A stretch of 34,037 nucleotides of DNA from an uncultured Candidatus Saccharibacteria bacterium. Lineage in GTDB: Bacteria; Patescibacteriota; Minisyncoccia; Minisyncoccales; Minisyncoccaceae. The notes below the pieces were generated by a model. The model was not told where the DNA came from and ran no database searches. It worked only from the letters and a program-made list of their open reading frames with translations. Numbering within the stretch: the first letter of the stretch is position 1; each line of letters opens with the position of its first letter. Shown here in pieces: positions 32,112 to 34,037 of the stretch. The stretch is taken from positions 1,535-35,571 of the forward strand of contig CAZJOO010000001.1 of NCBI GenBank assembly GCA_964547725.1, in the 5' to 3' direction. A program made the translations under genes and the position numbers.

Positions 32112-33971
32112 ATGTCACAAAAAATTAACACCGGAAAAGAATGTACCGAAAACACGATCAAAATCGCAATTGCAGGAATTGGTAACTGTGCAAGTGCCTT
32201 AATTCAAGGTCTAACATATTACCGAAAAATTAAATCTGGCTTTATACCAGGATTAATGCATCCTACTATTTGTGGTTACCTTGTCTCTAATATTCAAATT
32301 GTTGCAGCAATCGATATCGACAAAAGAAAAGTTGGAAAAGATGTCTCGTTAGCAATTTTCGCCAAACCAAATAACACTACCAGATTCTGTAAAAAAATGC
32401 CTAAAACAGGCGTTGTTGTGCAAATGGGGCCAGTGCTTGATGGTGTATCCGAACTAATGAGAACCTATCCAAAAGATAGGACCTTTTTACCATCTAACGA
32501 AAAACCAGTCGATGTTGTAAACCTGCTCAAAGAAACAGGAGCACAAATATTAATCAACTACATGCCAGTCGGCTCAAAAAAAGCAACCGCATTTTATGCT
32601 CAAGCAGCGTTGGATGCTAATGTGGCTTTCATCAATGCCATGCCAGAATTTATTTGTTCCGACGAAACTTGGGCACAGAAATTCGAAGACGCTGGAATCC
32701 CTTGTTTAGGAGATGATGTAAAATCACAGTTGGGAGCAACTATCATTCACAGAGCGTTAGCTCATTTATTCTCTCAAAGAGGAATATCGTGTAAAAATAG
32801 TTACCAATTAAATGTTGGTGGAAACACTGACTTTGCCAATATGAAAGATCCACTGAGACTTAGTTCGAAAAAACTTTCTAAAACAGAGTCTGTCGAGTCT
32901 CAGTTATTAGAGAGACTCAATTACGACGATCTTCATGTCGGCCCCGCTGACTACATACCTTTCTTGGGGGATGAAAAAGAAGCATTTATTAGTATGCTTG
33001 GAACTGGTTTTGGAGAAAATCAAATCAAAATTTTTACCAGGTTGCAAGTAACCGATTCACCAAATTCTGCTGGTGTCATTATCGACGCCATTAGATTGGT
33101 TAAGGTTGCTCTCGATCGAAAAATAGGAGGACCACTCCTTGCATGTTCAGCCTTCTTAATGAAGCATCCACTCATTCAAATGACTGATGATGAAGCTTGT
33201 GAAGGAGTAGAAAAATTCATTCGCGGAGAACATAAATGGATCACCGTTTTTCCATCAAGAACAAGCGACCTTTCTCAGTCAGGCGAATTTTACTCAGAAA
33301 TCTTTACAGAAATCTGCAGAAAATTAGAGTACTTAGCTGAGAAAAATGATGTAACGTTTTGGAATAATTCCGTGTCGGAAGAGTACTGTAACGAAGATGA
33401 ATACCTTTCAAAATTAGAAGAGGTTATTTCCAGCAACGAGAATAAAGAAGAAAACACTTTATTTGTTTCATTCTGTTACATTAATAGAATGAAAGAGATG
33501 GAAGAAATTCTTAAAAAATTCTCTGGAAAAATAGTTGCCGTAAACTCTCCCTCTCCGGAAAATATCAAGTTACCAATCCTTACATATCTGGGACCAGACG
33601 ATGTAAAGATTGGAGAATTGCTTGCTATTGAGGCCTTAAAACATAAGAAAGCCTCCTCCAAAACATATATCTTAGAACACAAGGAAAATTATTATCCATT
33701 TGTTCTGAGAGAAAAAGGCATTAAAAGCCTTGTTCCCGAAGCCATCGTCGTTTCTTTATTCGAAGGAATTCCAGAGATAAGCAAGGAAGACGTTGTTATC
33801 AGTTTCGGAAATAGAAGTACTGAAGCCCTAATCGATGCAAACATCAAAGCAATAATTATTGCAATTGATGAAAACAAAAGAATCAAAAAAGAGACTAATG
33901 TTATTTGCTTAAATCAAGAAGTTTCACAGTACGTAAACAAAATAGGAAGTATGCAAGCTGCAACTTCCTAA
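32112..33971 (+). CDS. myo-Inositol-1-phosphate synthase copy 2, fused to a C-terminal RbsB/LacI-like (PBP type I) domain
   Basis: 619 aa. Residues ~1-372 align along their whole length with copy 1 and keep all the MIPS motifs ('KIAIAGIGNCASALIQG', 'SYQLNVGGNTDF', 'DSPNSAGVIIDAIR'). Residues ~375-619 align with the 260-aa ORF at 24372-25154 ('IVAVNSPSPEN...YLGPDDVKIGELLAIEAL...YILEHKENYYPFVLREKGI...IIIAIDENKRIKKE'). Confidence 0.85.
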   Translation: MSQKINTGKECTENTIKIAIAGIGNCASALIQGLTYYRKIKSGFIPGLMHPTICGYLVSNIQIVAAIDIDKRKVGKDVSLAIFAKPNNTTRFCKKMPKTGVVVQMGPVLDGVSELMRTYPKDRTFLPSNEKPVDVVNLLKETGAQILINYMPVGSKKATAFYAQAALDANVAFINAMPEFICSDETWAQKFEDAGIPCLGDDVKSQLGATIIHRALAHLFSQRGISCKNSYQLNVGGNTDFANMKDPLRLSSKKLSKTESVESQLLERLNYDDLHVGPADYIPFLGDEKEAFISMLGTGFGENQIKIFTRLQVTDSPNSAGVIIDAIRLVKVALDRKIGGPLLACSAFLMKHPLIQMTDDEACEGVEKFIRGEHKWITVFPSRTSDLSQSGEFYSEIFTEICRKLEYLAEKNDVTFWNNSVSEEYCNEDEYLSKLEEVISSNENKEENTLFVSFCYINRMKEMEEILKKFSGKIVAVNSPSPENIKLPILTYLGPDDVKIGELLAIEALKHKKASSKTYILEHKENYYPFVLREKGIKSLVPEAIVVSLFEGIPEISKEDVVISFGNRSTEALIDANIKAIIIAIDENKRIKKETNVICLNQEVSQYVNKIGSMQAATS

Positions 33972-33979
33972 TTTTTTTA
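33945..33979 (+). terminator. Intrinsic terminator overlapping the end of MIPS copy 2
   Basis: ggaagt-a-tgca / tgca-acttcc forms a 10-bp stem with one bulge and a 3-nt loop (33945-33968), followed by taattttttt. Confidence 0.65.
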
Positions 33980-33995
33980 TAGAAATAATACTTTG

Positions 33996-34037
33996 TGCCC
34001 CCAACAGGGCTCGAACCTGTGACCGTCAACTTAAAAG
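33996..34037 (-). tRNA. tRNA-Lys (anticodon UUU), 3' portion only; truncated by the window end
   Basis: The reverse complement reads CTTTTAA (anticodon loop, UUU), GTTGA, CGGTC (variable loop), ACAGG-TTCGAGC-CCTGT (T arm), TGGGGGC (acceptor 3' strand) and A (discriminator). No CCA is encoded. Confidence 0.75.

Noticed and set aside
22803-34037. A tRNA-Lys-bounded genomic island with an att direct repeat of the tRNA 3' end
   Set aside because: I looked for a copy of the tRNA 3' segment (tgcccccaacagggctcgaacc) near the recombinase. I found only a trivial cccccA match at 24016-24022. The recombinase is also at the end far from the tRNA. The codon-usage anomaly is reported separately, without claiming island boundaries.
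1-34037. CRISPR arrays, IS elements or transposases, rRNA genes, alternative genetic code
   Set aside because: I saw no regularly spaced direct repeats, no transposase-like ORFs and no rRNA-like segments. TGA clearly terminates several well-supported genes (murD, thpR, PadR copy 2), so a UGA-recoding code is unlikely.

Overview
The window is visibly AT-rich and tightly packed. Many genes overlap by 4-30 nt, and TGA, TAA and TAG are all used as stops, so it uses the standard code. I saw no rRNA, CRISPR array or IS element. The gene content and small protein sizes fit a reduced-genome bacterium, possibly CPR/Patescibacteria-like; this is inference only.

Bases 1-22.8 kb are core housekeeping genes. 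They comprise rlmN, a ferredoxin:thioredoxin-reductase-like protein, pyrH, a Cas4-like nuclease, xseAB, trxA, an S41 protease, rplI, pyrG, rpmA, uppS, a 2H phosphoesterase, murC, a pilin-LamG protein, valS and aspS. They end with a dcw-type block: PBP5-like carboxypeptidase, mraY, PP-loop protein, murD, ftsW, murG.

Bases 22.8-34 kb look accessory. A Xer-type tyrosine recombinase with atypical Arg codon usage comes first, followed by a 394-nt non-coding stretch with back-to-back promoter-like elements. Beyond that lies a clustered inositol-phosphate module:
- Two deeply diverged myo-inositol-1-phosphate synthase (MIPS) genes in inverted orientation. One is fused to a cytoplasmic RbsB/LacI-like ligand-binding domain, which also occurs as a free-standing paralog.
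- A CDP-alcohol phosphatidyltransferase, a PHP phosphoesterase and an MFS transporter.
- Two short PadR paralogs.
- Three near-consensus promoters, each overlapped by a repeat that could be an operator.

efp and a ThyA-family gene with a long N-terminal extension sit inside this module. A partial tRNA-Lys(UUU) closes the window.

The most interesting candidate is this regulated, duplicated inositol module with the MIPS-sensor fusion. The second is the PP-loop protein between mraY and murD, a possible MurL-type epimerase. All functional calls rest on motif recognition by eye; no searches were run.
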